A stretch of 64,000 bases of DNA from the IMG/VR virus record IMGVR_UViG_3300045199_000074; one strand, 5' to 3'. The notes under the pieces were generated by a model. The model ran no database searches and was not told where the DNA came from. It saw only the letters and a program-made list of their open reading frames with translations. Made by a program: the position numbers and the translations under genes. The DNA is from a virus. Shown piece after piece: positions 9,895 through 19,800 of this stretch. The number at the start of each line of letters is the position of its first letter. The first letter of the stretch is position 1.

Positions 9895-10850
9895 GTGAAT
9901 TTCCTATTTCTTGCGCCATTATCGACTTCAATGACATTAGTCTCTAGGAGCCTATCTAATACGATCTTTGCTCCACGAGGTGTGATATCGAGGCGTTCTG
10001 CAAATAGCTTTGCAGTGAATATCGGGAATTCAAATATATATTCGACAGCCGCCTCAATGCTTGATGACGTTCTTGTAGGTGGACACAGAGCTAACAAGGC
10101 TGTTCGTTCTGCATATACGTCTTTGAGTTTTTGTCGTTCTTTTGTGAATCCTGTTCTCATTACGTCCGCCACTTCAACAACCCACTGGTCACTAAACTGA
10201 GATGCATCACGAAAGTTATCGAGATTTGATTTTACAGCATCAGCAAATCCATATGTAGGCCAGTTACATTTAAAGCCTTTCGCCATTATCCACGGCGCGA
10301 GCAAAAGAGCCATTTTTCTTGACGTTCCAAGGAAGCGTCCTGAAGTCCATATAATTCTTATTGTCTCGATAGCTGTCCATGCGTCCAGATTTTCTGTAAG
10401 GAGATTAAATTGTTCAACGACCCACATAGAGTCTTCTTCAATGCTCCACTTTATGTCCGGTCTCATCAGTCTTCCTGTTGAGAGGTCTGAAGTCATGAAG
10501 AGTTCAATTATATCTGATGTAGTTGGTCCGTCGTTTGTCCAATTTTCAACAAGCTGCAAAGCTGAGTAAGCGTCAGCAGTGACACGTGACCCCCTTTCGA
10601 TATTCGTTGCTTCGGGATCACTGATTACGCGGCACATAGATTCCATTCTGGCAACGGCCCCGTCAACGGATGCAATACCCATTGCTTCTCGGCGTCTTGC
10701 ACCAGGGGAGTAGATCGCCGATTTAGTAGATAAATGGCTTCGAGCTTCATCAAGGCGTGTTATCGCCATCGCTGCTTCTATAAAAGCCAGACGTTCATCA
10801 ATTGTTGTCATTTCTTTTTCTGTTTCATCCATCTTGGAATTGTTATTCAA
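9876..10850 (-). CDS. Fic-like helical protein with C-terminal winged HTH (DUF1612/HTH_13-like)
   Basis: C-terminal FPIFTAKLFAERLDITPRGAKIVLDRL...NGARNRKF wHTH; no canonical HPFxDGNGR motif. Confidence 0.55.
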   Translation of the reverse strand: MNNNSKMDETEKEMTTIDERLAFIEAAMAITRLDEARSHLSTKSAIYSPGARRREAMGIASVDGAVARMESMCRVISDPEATNIERGSRVTADAYSALQLVENWTNDGPTTSDIIELFMTSDLSTGRLMRPDIKWSIEEDSMWVVEQFNLLTENLDAWTAIETIRIIWTSGRFLGTSRKMALLLAPWIMAKGFKCNWPTYGFADAVKSNLDNFRDASQFSDQWVVEVADVMRTGFTKERQKLKDVYAERTALLALCPPTRTSSSIEAAVEYIFEFPIFTAKLFAERLDITPRGAKIVLDRLLETNVIEVDNGARNRKFTCRRLL

Positions 10851-11399
10851 ACACGCGGCCTCGTCTAGTGTGCCGCTTGAAACTTGTTCTTTTTTATTAA
10901 TTCCAATTAATGCGTTGGTTTGCTACATGACCCATATCTTTGTAAACATAATTAAGTTGTCCAACCTCCTTATGATGAATTTAAAATGGATTAACTACAA
11001 CTCTCTCTTATGGATTTATGTTATAGGCAACGTAAATAATGAAGCACATGCTGCTTGGTCATCGAACCTTAATATAAGACACCTTATTCCTGACTTCCGA
11101 TAACCTTCCTTATCGGAAGTTGGTAAGTCATTATGATAAATATGGTTTTCCGCCTAGAAATGCAGTTAAATCTCAGTGAAGCAGCGCTCGATTCGACCTC
11201 TCGTTTCATGATTTGCATGACAGAGTTGTGAACTTAAGTGTATTTAAATTCATTAAATTAATGTTGGCGCAGGCAGGGTATTAATTTGTCAACCATTTTG
11301 CATGAATGAAATGGTTGCCACCGCTGAGCGAGCGAATTATCATTTAAATGTGCATGCGAATTTCAGTTTGCACGACGTCAAATTAACAATGAGGAACTA

Positions 11400-11705
11400 A
11401 TGAGCAGTTTGGACGAACGACGTAATTCTTTTGAGAATAAATTTGCCCACGATGAGAGTCTGCGTTTCCGTATCACGGCACGCCGTAACAAGTTGTTGGG
11501 GCTGTGGGCATCTGATAGGTTGGGTAAGTCAGGTGAAGCCGCTGCCGCGTATGCTAGTGAAGTGGTTGCGGCTGACATTGAAGCTCCTGGCGGAGCAGGC
11601 GTTCTTCGTAAGGTCGTTGCCGATCTCGGTGTCACAGAGGACGATGTGCGTGCTCAGATGGAAAATCTGCTTAAAGTTGCAGAAGATCAGATTACTTCTG
11701 AATAA
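11400..11705 (+). CDS. F1Fo-ATPase inhibitor subunit zeta (DUF1476 family)
   Basis: LDERRNSFENKFAHDESLRFRITARRNKLLGLWA...AAAYASEVVAAD...VLRKVVADL matches the alphaproteobacterial zeta signature; GAGG RBS. Confidence 0.9.
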   Translation: MSSLDERRNSFENKFAHDESLRFRITARRNKLLGLWASDRLGKSGEAAAAYASEVVAADIEAPGGAGVLRKVVADLGVTEDDVRAQMENLLKVAEDQITSE

Positions 11706-11729
11706 AAAATGGGCCGTGCGGCCCATTTT
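11706..11729 (+). terminator. Intrinsic (probably bidirectional) terminator
   Basis: aaaatgggcc-gtgc-ggcccatttt between convergent genes. Confidence 0.8.
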
Positions 11730-11763
11730 AATCGGTTCTGATGGGAAATATGACTTCTGGATG

Positions 11764-12375
11764 TTATGGCCTCAGGCTATTATCTGCGGTGATTGTCTCT
11801 CTGAGGCGGAGAGATACTTTCTCGCCTAGGAATGCCTGAAGTTCAGACGAAGTGTCGATGTGGTCGATGACGTATTGAATGGTGTCGACCTTTTCTTCGA
11901 CTTTGATGTGGTCCAAAGCCATGAAGCGTTTGTTCCCGCTGAATATCGTCATTGCGCCCTGGAATGGTGCTATGGCTATTTGATTTTCGCAGACAACTCT
12001 CTCGACCTCGTTGGCGAAATCACCGTCTAGGTGGCTACCTGTCCATGTTAGGTCCATATCGACAGATCTCGTGCCTGCAGTACGCGTCGTTTGGGGAGCG
12101 TCACCATCTGTGACTTGGAGGAGCGTTCCACTGTAATATCCCGTGGCAACGGCATCTCCCTGCTTCAAAGCCGTGTCGATGAAACGAATGACGTCCTCGT
12201 TGTCACGGTAATTCTCGGAAGTCGCCATTAACGCAAAGGCTTCACCTATTCCGACATTCGGATGAAGGAGTGCGTAGTTGTGAAAGCGGCCGGAACCATC
12301 CCACACCTTGAACTTGCCATCTAGATTTTCTGGAAGTTCGGTATTCTCGCAGTCGTCGAAAATGTTAAATTTCAT
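11764..12375 (-). CDS. Hypothetical protein
   Basis: 203-aa ORF with GAGG RBS. Confidence 0.75.
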   Translation of the reverse strand: MKFNIFDDCENTELPENLDGKFKVWDGSGRFHNYALLHPNVGIGEAFALMATSENYRDNEDVIRFIDTALKQGDAVATGYYSGTLLQVTDGDAPQTTRTAGTRSVDMDLTWTGSHLDGDFANEVERVVCENQIAIAPFQGAMTIFSGNKRFMALDHIKVEEKVDTIQYVIDHIDTSSELQAFLGEKVSLRLRETITADNSLRP

Positions 12376-12429
12376 GGCAATATCCTCTTTTTTGTTGCTG
12401 ATTTAGATACCGAACTTCATTGATTTTGA

Positions 12430-13011
12430 TCAGATATTCATCTGCTTAGGAATGTCAATTCCTAAATCTTCGAGCGTCCTACCAATAAATTCCTTGCCTT
12501 CGTGCTTCTGGTAAGAACTGTAATTGTAGTTCGTGAACGGTAGTAATACTCCTGCTTCCTGCAATTCCATACAGAACTTGAAATCGCATGCTTCAGCGTA
12601 AAGACGTTTATCAGGCATAATTGAAGTCACAGGAAGTGAAACGTCGCTGAGCTGTTTTATTACCTCATTTTGATGATTATAAACTACTAAATGAATTTGA
12701 TTGTCATCTTGGTAAACGTGGTGCGTGTTTCTATCTGAATTATATCCATAGAGCAAAGTCTTGGAACCATTATCGATGGCTTCAACGAACTTTGGGCCAC
12801 CATCGTGAAATCTGTTCGAAGTGTTCTGTTCTGCAATTTTCAGATTGCTGAATTCATCTGGGGACATGTTTGCATTCCTCGCCTTTATTTCATTATTCAG
12901 CACTATATTGCATGTAACAATCTGAAAATACTTTTCGGCGTTTTGGCGCTTGCTTGTTTTGAATTTATAATGTTCGCACAAATATTTATTCGGACATCCT
13001 CGTATGCCCAA
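12430..13011 (-). CDS. Hypothetical protein (true start may be the internal MSPDEF)
   Basis: ORF with GAGG upstream of the internal ATG. Confidence 0.65.
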   Translation of the reverse strand: MGIRGCPNKYLCEHYKFKTSKRQNAEKYFQIVTCNIVLNNEIKARNANMSPDEFSNLKIAEQNTSNRFHDGGPKFVEAIDNGSKTLLYGYNSDRNTHHVYQDDNQIHLVVYNHQNEVIKQLSDVSLPVTSIMPDKRLYAEACDFKFCMELQEAGVLLPFTNYNYSSYQKHEGKEFIGRTLEDLGIDIPKQMNI

Positions 13012-14065
13012 TTATGGTTCTACACGAAAAGAAATTACGACGACGCAACCTGAACAAGCGCGTTCGTTGGGTTTTGTGTTGGATCATGGAACCCGAGAAC
13101 GTCTTCGCCGCGTCATTGATGACGGTACTCCACCTAATACGCGTCGTGCTTATGAATCTGATCTTCGCTATTTTTGGTCATGGTGTTCCGCCATCGGTTG
13201 GACAGATGAACCTGTCTATCCTGTTCCTCCTGAGGTCGTCGCACGTTTTGTCGTAGATCACCTTGAAGGTCTTGATGAAGATGTCGATCAAGATATGATT
13301 GATCGAGGTGTCAAGACGAAGCCAGGTAAGCATGCCATGAATACGATTGATCGTCGTGTTTCCGCTTTATCTGCGCTTCACAAGACAAAGGGTTTGCCCA
13401 GTCCGATCATGGACCCGATTGTGTCTCAAGTTCTTTCTAAAGCACGCAAGGCAGCAGCTCGGCGCGGCGAACGGCCAAACAAGAAGAAGGCTGTCATCAA
13501 GAAGACGCTTGATCTCATGCTGGAGACCTGTGAACCAGGAAGTATACTGGATTTGCGAGACGCCGCGTTGTTGCTCTTTGGGTGGTCAAGTGGTGGCCGC
13601 CGTCGTTCCGAGATCGTCGGAGCGGAGATGCTCAACCTTGAAGAGGTCGGCGACTCCTACATCTATCATCTGGGGATTACTAAGACGGAGCAGGAAGGCG
13701 ATGGCGGCACCGTGCCGATTACGGGTCGAGCTGCTGTAGCTCTTCGTGCTTGGTTAAAGGCGGGCAACATTACCAAAGGGCCGATTTTTCGTTCCGTTAG
13801 CCGTTATGGCTACGTTTCAAAGAAACCATTATCGGATCGCGCAGTCGCTTTGATCGTGAAATCTCGCATTAAGGCTGCCGATCTCAATCCAGAAATTTAC
13901 GCTGGCCATAGTCTGCGATCAGGCTTCTTGACTGAAGTTGGTTTGCAAGGAAAAAGTCTGCTAGAGGCAATGGCATTGTCACGACACAAAACGGTTCAGG
14001 TTGCCGCTGGTTATCACCAGTCAGGTGCTGCACTTCATAATGAGACGGCTTCGCTTGCGGGATAA
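13004..14065 (+). CDS. Tyrosine recombinase / site-specific integrase
   Basis: N-terminal SAM-like domain (NTRRAYESDLRYF); catalytic R (RRRSEIV), H-x-x-R (GHSLRSG), H (SRHKT) and Y (AGY). Confidence 0.92.
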   Translation: MPNYGSTRKEITTTQPEQARSLGFVLDHGTRERLRRVIDDGTPPNTRRAYESDLRYFWSWCSAIGWTDEPVYPVPPEVVARFVVDHLEGLDEDVDQDMIDRGVKTKPGKHAMNTIDRRVSALSALHKTKGLPSPIMDPIVSQVLSKARKAAARRGERPNKKKAVIKKTLDLMLETCEPGSILDLRDAALLLFGWSSGGRRRSEIVGAEMLNLEEVGDSYIYHLGITKTEQEGDGGTVPITGRAAVALRAWLKAGNITKGPIFRSVSRYGYVSKKPLSDRAVALIVKSRIKAADLNPEIYAGHSLRSGFLTEVGLQGKSLLEAMALSRHKTVQVAAGYHQSGAALHNETASLAG

Positions 14066-14083
14066 CTAGCGATAGGAGGAGAG

Positions 14084-14464
14084 ATGAAAATTTTTGTGCC
14101 TTTTGATCGTCGTACTGGCGATGTCTACCTCAATGCCATCGGCTCCACAGAGGACGAGGCTATAAAGCCGTTTATTGATGGTTGTTTTGAAAGCATCCGG
14201 CATGATGAGTTAGATTATATTGATTGTGTTGAAGCCGAACTCATCATCGGACGTGATATTCCTTCTGACCTGTTCCCCGTCTCCCTTCCCTTTTTGAAGG
14301 AGACAGGGAAGCCTGAATTGAGCGCCATCGGGTCAAATGTAGATGAGGCCAGAGTGAATCTGAGCTATGCAGGTCTCGATGAAGAGGATTATCTCTTTGA
14401 AGCCGCAGGGATTCGAATGCCGTCGTTCCAAATCGAGCACCAGCCCTCGCCTATCAAGGCCTAA
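14084..14464 (+). CDS. Hypothetical protein
   Basis: AGGAGGAG RBS; 126 aa. Confidence 0.75.
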   Translation: MKIFVPFDRRTGDVYLNAIGSTEDEAIKPFIDGCFESIRHDELDYIDCVEAELIIGRDIPSDLFPVSLPFLKETGKPELSAIGSNVDEARVNLSYAGLDEEDYLFEAAGIRMPSFQIEHQPSPIKA

Positions 14465-14801
14465 AGACGCTCGACGTTATCTCTTGCAGAATCTCTCTAG
14501 AGGCGTTGTCGGCTTGCTGTGATTGGCTACGGGTAACCGGATGTGTGGATGGGAACACTAATCCGCGTTCAGCACGCTTCTTCAGGTATTCCACAAACTC
14601 TTCATTTTGATATTGGGATACCAGGCCGAGACGCTGCAGTTCCCGTTCAAGCTTTTCATATTCGGCCTGATCGTAAGCCGAAATCGAGTCGGCGAGTTTG
14701 AAATCACGGAAGCGATCCATCTTTTCATTGATGTCGAGCGCCATCTCCGACATTAGGCCGACAGGTTCATCACCAAACCCCCAAGTGCATCGGCGGAACA
14801 A
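14454..14801 (-). CDS. Hypothetical protein (start probably the internal MSEMAL)
   Basis: ORF coupled to the upstream gene. Confidence 0.55.
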   Translation of the reverse strand: MFRRCTWGFGDEPVGLMSEMALDINEKMDRFRDFKLADSISAYDQAEYEKLERELQRLGLVSQYQNEEFVEYLKKRAERGLVFPSTHPVTRSQSQQADNASREILQEITSSVFRP

Positions 14802-15328
14802 TGCACTAGTTGCGTTCCGCGCATATGGTCCCTAAATCCAGCCGTTCCCCATTCTGGTTTCACTTCGATTCCAATGCGCCCTTCGATGACCTGAACCAAT
14901 CCGTTGGATTGGAATTGGAAGACATTGTCTTCATCGATTTCATCGTCAGGAGCAAATGCGGTCAATCCAGTGAAGGCCATCACGGCTAGACCTGGTTGCG
15001 AAGGTTCAACATTAGTGCGACGGAAATATTGTTGTAGTGATCCACGCGTCGCAGGCGACTTCCAGATCGGTTGCGTTACTAGATTCGCAATCCCATTTGA
15101 TCTGAAGTCATCTTTTCGCCCCCAAAGGTCAACGACTTCCATCGGCCGCGAGGCAGGCGCAATCACCTCAGGATTTGCTGAATTCTTCTCAAAACCTGTT
15201 ATTGAGATCACAATCTTTTCATCTGGCAACTCGACATCCGATGGGAACTCTGCAAACCCAACGGTAATAACGGTTTTGAATCCGTTCTGAACATGTCCTG
15301 TATCACGATAAACAAGCTGGGTTTTCAT
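14753..15328 (-). CDS. Hypothetical protein
   Basis: 191-aa ORF. Confidence 0.7.
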   Translation of the reverse strand: MKTQLVYRDTGHVQNGFKTVITVGFAEFPSDVELPDEKIVISITGFEKNSANPEVIAPASRPMEVVDLWGRKDDFRSNGIANLVTQPIWKSPATRGSLQQYFRRTNVEPSQPGLAVMAFTGLTAFAPDDEIDEDNVFQFQSNGLVQVIEGRIGIEVKPEWGTAGFRDHMRGTQLVHCSADALGGLVMNLSA

Positions 15329-15401
15329 TTCGATATTCCGCTATTGTTGCTTTAGCATTGATGTGATGGATGCAAGTCGCCACATGATAGTTGCATGCGG
15401 A

Positions 15402-15965
15402 TTATTTTGATTGCCCCGAAACCTCCAAAAGCAATGCCAGATATTTTTCATGACTGCCGTAATACAGATTGATCATCGCATCGAAGAATTTGATGACTTC
15501 TTCGTGCGAAGTCAGGATTTTCTTAGGAAGATGGTAAGTCCATTCTCCATCGTAGTCGAACTCAATCCTTGTTCCCTTGGCCTTATTTAATAAAAGGTAC
15601 GCGAGAACTGTGCGAGTTTTGTCGACGCAACTCGCATGGCCCTCAAATTTCGTGAAAAGCTTTTCCAAGTGTTGATACAAGAAGTCGTACTGCTTAATCA
15701 GGAATGCAATTTCATAATTGTCTCCGAAAACATGCTCGACGATGCCTTCAAGGATGTCGTCGGATTTCATTACGATTGCTTTGTGAAATTTCTCGAAGCG
15801 ATTGTTTCGAAGGTCATCAATTGACGATACAATATATGGGTTTTCCATTATGATCGAAGCCATCTCTGCGCGGTCCTGCACACCCGACACCCTAATCTGT
15901 TCAAAAATCGCAGAAATTTGTTCAAAAACTGCAGATAACTCCGGCTTTAAATTAGTATCTGACAT
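15402..15965 (-). CDS. Hypothetical protein
   Basis: GGAG RBS; 187 aa. Confidence 0.75.
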   Translation of the reverse strand: MSDTNLKPELSAVFEQISAIFEQIRVSGVQDRAEMASIIMENPYIVSSIDDLRNNRFEKFHKAIVMKSDDILEGIVEHVFGDNYEIAFLIKQYDFLYQHLEKLFTKFEGHASCVDKTRTVLAYLLLNKAKGTRIEFDYDGEWTYHLPKKILTSHEEVIKFFDAMINLYYGSHEKYLALLLEVSGQSK

Positions 15966-16065
15966 GATTATTACCTTCTCCTATTTAAACAGATTCAGGT
16001 TTTTATTATCTAACGTCAACCATAAATTATTGACATTTATAGATATAATCTGCTACCTCCTGCGC

Positions 16066-16326
16066 ATGAAAAATCCATTCCGAACGATTTTTATTGACCC
16101 GGACTATCGACGCTCCCCAAAAACTAGCGTTTTTTGTTGCGTCTGTCAGAAAGACATTAAAGGTGCGCCTAAGTTCTATGCCAGGGTCGTAGATGGTTGC
16201 AATTTCGTGCACCCTGAAGATGAGGCCCTCGTCCCTGCAGGTTATGCCGAAGACTACGGAACACTACCAGTAGGCTCCGATTGCGCGAAGAGGATTGGAT
16301 TGGAATGGGTTAAGAAGGCGACGTGA
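16066..16326 (+). CDS. Small zinc-finger-like protein
   Basis: CxxC (FCCVCQK), VHP and GSDC motifs; start taken at MKNPF. Confidence 0.65.
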   Translation: MKNPFRTIFIDPDYRRSPKTSVFCCVCQKDIKGAPKFYARVVDGCNFVHPEDEALVPAGYAEDYGTLPVGSDCAKRIGLEWVKKAT

Positions 16327-16360
16327 TTGTTATGTTGATATTTTGTTCTTATTTATATAT

Positions 16361-16720
16361 CTACAGCTTCAAACTCGGTACTTCTTCATAAAATCCATCT
16401 GTAATTGCGAAATATTCTGGGAATCCTCTGTCGCCTTTACGCAAGTGCAGTGTCACTTCCTTGCCCACGGGGAAATTCGCGGCGTCTTCGGCCCGCATGT
16501 GCTGCATGACCCAGAAACCTGTGCCTTTGGGTTCTGTTGAGAACTCAACCCGTGACAATCTGTTGCCTTTGTTCGTTACAGCATCAGCATAAGAAAATGA
16601 TCGTCCGTCGAGATCGTTGTCGGACTCCACGTAGTTTGCGCAGACATACATGTGAGTACGTGAGATGTCCTCGCCTTCATGAAGTTCAGGACTATCATCA
16701 GATAAGTATAACTTAGGCAT
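16361..16720 (-). CDS. Hypothetical protein
   Basis: AAGGAAG RBS; 119 aa. Confidence 0.7.
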   Translation of the reverse strand: MPKLYLSDDSPELHEGEDISRTHMYVCANYVESDNDLDGRSFSYADAVTNKGNRLSRVEFSTEPKGTGFWVMQHMRAEDAANFPVGKEVTLHLRKGDRGFPEYFAITDGFYEEVPSLKL

Positions 16721-16741
16721 CTTTCTTCCTTAAATTGTTTT

Positions 16742-17401
16742 TCACATAGTGAGCGTGGGTGTTTCACCTTTTACCCAATGTTGTCCCGTTGAAAGTAACT
16801 TACGTATTTCATGAGTATCGTCGTCGTCGGAGAATGAAATAACCATCACTGGTACGTCTGTTTTCATGCGAATTTCGGCTTCATTATCGCCTGTCCCGAA
16901 ATCCATTCTTGCAAGAATGGTCCCTTTCCAATCTACGTCATTTCGATTCACTGTGGCTTCCAAACGAATTTCGTTAGGCTTTTTCTCGTCAAGCCAGAAT
17001 CCACCGTCCACGTATGGATCATCACTAAAGTAAATACCCGTGGTGACTTCTCCTGTTTTCAGGTCGTCTATCCAATCATCGTCCACGCGCATGATGCGAT
17101 ATAGTTTTAGCTGCTCGCCTTTCGGTAGATTGTCGATAACTTCGGAATATCTTTGTTCAAGCCATTTCCAAATTACCGCACGCATTTCTGGATTTTTGGC
17201 AGCTTCTGTCACATCAACATTTTTCAGGTGGTCGGGACAGGTTGGCAACCAAGTCGCACCATCCTGAATATACTCTATAAGCTCCCCAATATCCGAACCA
17301 TGCTCAGGATCGAAGCTACCGTTTTCCATACCTTTGTTGAACCATTCTTCGGTAATTAGTTCTTCGAATGAAGGGATATTGGACATGTTTATCTCCCACA
17401 T
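16742..17401 (-). CDS. Hypothetical protein, possible R-S-E type ADP-ribosyltransferase fold
   Basis: LKLYR...GIYFS...NEAEIR motif order. Confidence 0.45.
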   Translation of the reverse strand: MWEINMSNIPSFEELITEEWFNKGMENGSFDPEHGSDIGELIEYIQDGATWLPTCPDHLKNVDVTEAAKNPEMRAVIWKWLEQRYSEVIDNLPKGEQLKLYRIMRVDDDWIDDLKTGEVTTGIYFSDDPYVDGGFWLDEKKPNEIRLEATVNRNDVDWKGTILARMDFGTGDNEAEIRMKTDVPVMVISFSDDDDTHEIRKLLSTGQHWVKGETPTLTM

Positions 17402-19728
17402 CCGAACTGTGCTTCGTTCGCGTCATCGGCGTCATAGTTGTATCCTTCGACGTGATCTTGCAGACGCTCGGTGTCGACCTCGTACGTGCCGTCGCTATTA
17501 CGTGTGATCGCATCGGCTGCAGCCTCAGGGTCATTCGCCGTAGCGAGAGACATTAAGCGTTCGGCTGGGCGCGGCCCCGGTTCATGATCCATTTTTTGGA
17601 CAATAGACCTTCCACTTTCATAGGCTGAAAGAACGGCCTTTACAGACTCTTTCATGCGCTTGTTTGCTTCGCTGAAGTCGTAGTTGATCATCAGATCGGT
17701 CAAAATGCCTGCATAGGATTCGTTGTGATGACTTTCCAGAACGTGAGCAACCTCATGCATGGCAAGAGCCTGCATGTGTTGACGATCTTTGGCGTCAGTC
17801 ACCGAATAGCGAAGAACACCGTCTTCCTTGATAGGATTGAGAAGAAACTTGTATTCATTGTCCTTCAACGAACACATAGCTTCAATCGACACTGACCTGT
17901 ATCGGTCACCTTGATACTGTTCCTCTGGAACTGAATATATCCAACCAGTTGTCCAACTAAAGCTATCTGTAGAAGGTCGTGTCGTCATCAATGTCTCAAC
18001 AGCAACCGAACATGCCGCAGTCCATGCTGAGAGGAGTGCGCGAGGCACTCTACCTTTTCCCGTCGCAGTGTCCCATTTTCTTGGGTCATTCCTGCGTATG
18101 GCAGCACGTGTTTTCTCATTAGTTGAAACGACGCTGACATAAACATCGTTCATGTCCTTTAATCGCTTCTCGTTCTCCATCCTGGCCTGCTCAAGAGCAA
18201 TCTCAGCACGGTTTCCAAGTGTTTGAATGATCCACTCTTTCAGAGGGGGTGAGGCATACTTCAGAAACAATTCAGAATTCGTTTCGCCTTCATACATTCT
18301 CTTTTCAACAGTCTCTATGAACTGTTCAACATCATTCTTTAGCGGGAAATCGTATGACCAGCGCATTTTAGAAATGATGCTCTCACCCCATTTTGTCTTT
18401 TTGACCAATTCTTCAATGGCATCCTGAGAGACACCTCTTTGTTTTAGGTCTTCAAGAGTGTGAACAGCAGTCGTCTTTACGCGCGTAGAAATCTCTACAG
18501 CCACATTTTCTTCCTCAAACGTAATATCTTCAGAAGTGAGTTTTGACAGACTTGGCACAGACGCGACGAGCATACCTTTGTCGCCCTCGATTTTATAATT
18601 GTCTTTGCTTGCTTTGTCGGCCAACGCTGAGGTGTTATCGATGTTCAGTTCTGAAATGAATGTATTGACCGCTTCATTGAACCCTTCCTTCATACCGTCT
18701 CGGTTTGAGGTAAGTGCTAGTCTCGACAACTTTCGGTCTATCTCTATGATGACCTGTACGGCTGGATTGAGCGATATGGTATACATTGAAGCGCCATCAA
18801 CACGTATGATCGCTTTACCCTTATGGCTAGCCTTGTCGCTATCGCTGATATGTACAGTAGCGAACTCAGTCATTTGGCCGTCCACTTCGGCAACGAGTGT
18901 CCGTTTTACCTGACCTCTTCTAGCCTGAATTTTGCTTTCAGATTCATAATACTCTTCGGGAGTTGTTCCGTTGATAGTGACGGTCGGCTTGATCTGGCTT
19001 TCTGATAGGTAAGTTTTGAGACGCTCATTCATTGTCTCGATAGTGGGTCTGTTCCTGTATCCGCCTGTTGATTGATCCAGATCCACTTCGACACGACAAC
19101 CATTGAAACCTCCAAGAGCTTTCGCTTCTTGTACCATTTGTAAATCACGAAAAAGTCCACCACGACTTACTTCGTAGTTAATTTGGCTTTGAACGTCTCC
19201 GAATGGTTCGGACAAACCTTCGAGAGCCTTGATCAGTTCTGTTTCCGCTTCATCAAGGCTGTAGTTGACATAGTCAGGGCCATTACCCATTACGAAGCGA
19301 TCTTTTGTCAGGATCGAATATCTGTCTTGAGAGAAACAAGTCATTAATCTTGCGCGACCATAGCCGCCGACGCTGGACCCATCATTCTTGGTCGTTTGCC
19401 CAATGGCAAAATAGACTCTGTTGAGGACGTCCTCAGACATTCCGCATCCGTCATCAGTAAATACAACGCGGGTTATCTGTTTGGTTGCATCTCCAATCTT
19501 ATCAAATTCGCCCCTACCGCTTTCCGAACTTAAATCAATGCCGATGTTTTTTGAGCCAGCGTCGACCGAGTTTTGGAAGAACTCCCTCCAGAACGAGAGC
19601 GTCCAGAGTGAGTAGAACGAGTCACGTTCTTTTATGAAAAATTCTTTTGGCGTCGTGACGCGGCTGATTTCCATTCCGTTCTCCATAGCCCTTAAGTCAC
19701 AATCAATTACCGGGCTGTCAAGCTTCAT
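17389..19728 (-). CDS. GHKL (HSP90/MORC-like) ATPase with a C-terminal HExxH zincin motif
   Basis: WREFFQNSVDA, DDGCGM, GGYGRAR Bergerat-fold motifs; MHEVAH near the C-terminus. Confidence 0.8.
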   Translation of the reverse strand: MKLDSPVIDCDLRAMENGMEISRVTTPKEFFIKERDSFYSLWTLSFWREFFQNSVDAGSKNIGIDLSSESGRGEFDKIGDATKQITRVVFTDDGCGMSEDVLNRVYFAIGQTTKNDGSSVGGYGRARLMTCFSQDRYSILTKDRFVMGNGPDYVNYSLDEAETELIKALEGLSEPFGDVQSQINYEVSRGGLFRDLQMVQEAKALGGFNGCRVEVDLDQSTGGYRNRPTIETMNERLKTYLSESQIKPTVTINGTTPEEYYESESKIQARRGQVKRTLVAEVDGQMTEFATVHISDSDKASHKGKAIIRVDGASMYTISLNPAVQVIIEIDRKLSRLALTSNRDGMKEGFNEAVNTFISELNIDNTSALADKASKDNYKIEGDKGMLVASVPSLSKLTSEDITFEEENVAVEISTRVKTTAVHTLEDLKQRGVSQDAIEELVKKTKWGESIISKMRWSYDFPLKNDVEQFIETVEKRMYEGETNSELFLKYASPPLKEWIIQTLGNRAEIALEQARMENEKRLKDMNDVYVSVVSTNEKTRAAIRRNDPRKWDTATGKGRVPRALLSAWTAACSVAVETLMTTRPSTDSFSWTTGWIYSVPEEQYQGDRYRSVSIEAMCSLKDNEYKFLLNPIKEDGVLRYSVTDAKDRQHMQALAMHEVAHVLESHHNESYAGILTDLMINYDFSEANKRMKESVKAVLSAYESGRSIVQKMDHEPGPRPAERLMSLATANDPEAAADAITRNSDGTYEVDTERLQDHVEGYNYDADDANEAQFGCGR

Positions 19729-19800
19729 TCATCCTTCAACTATTTTCCAGATGACTGAAAGGAACAACGTCTCATCACTCTATCAGATTGGCTCTATGTT

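Noticed and set aside
13004-14065. Integrase marking a bounded island with att sites
   Set aside because: No flanking direct repeat or tRNA 3' duplication found by eye.
16030-16049. TTGACA and TATAAT consensus boxes
   Set aside because: The spacer is only 8 nt, so this is not a valid sigma70 promoter as a pair.
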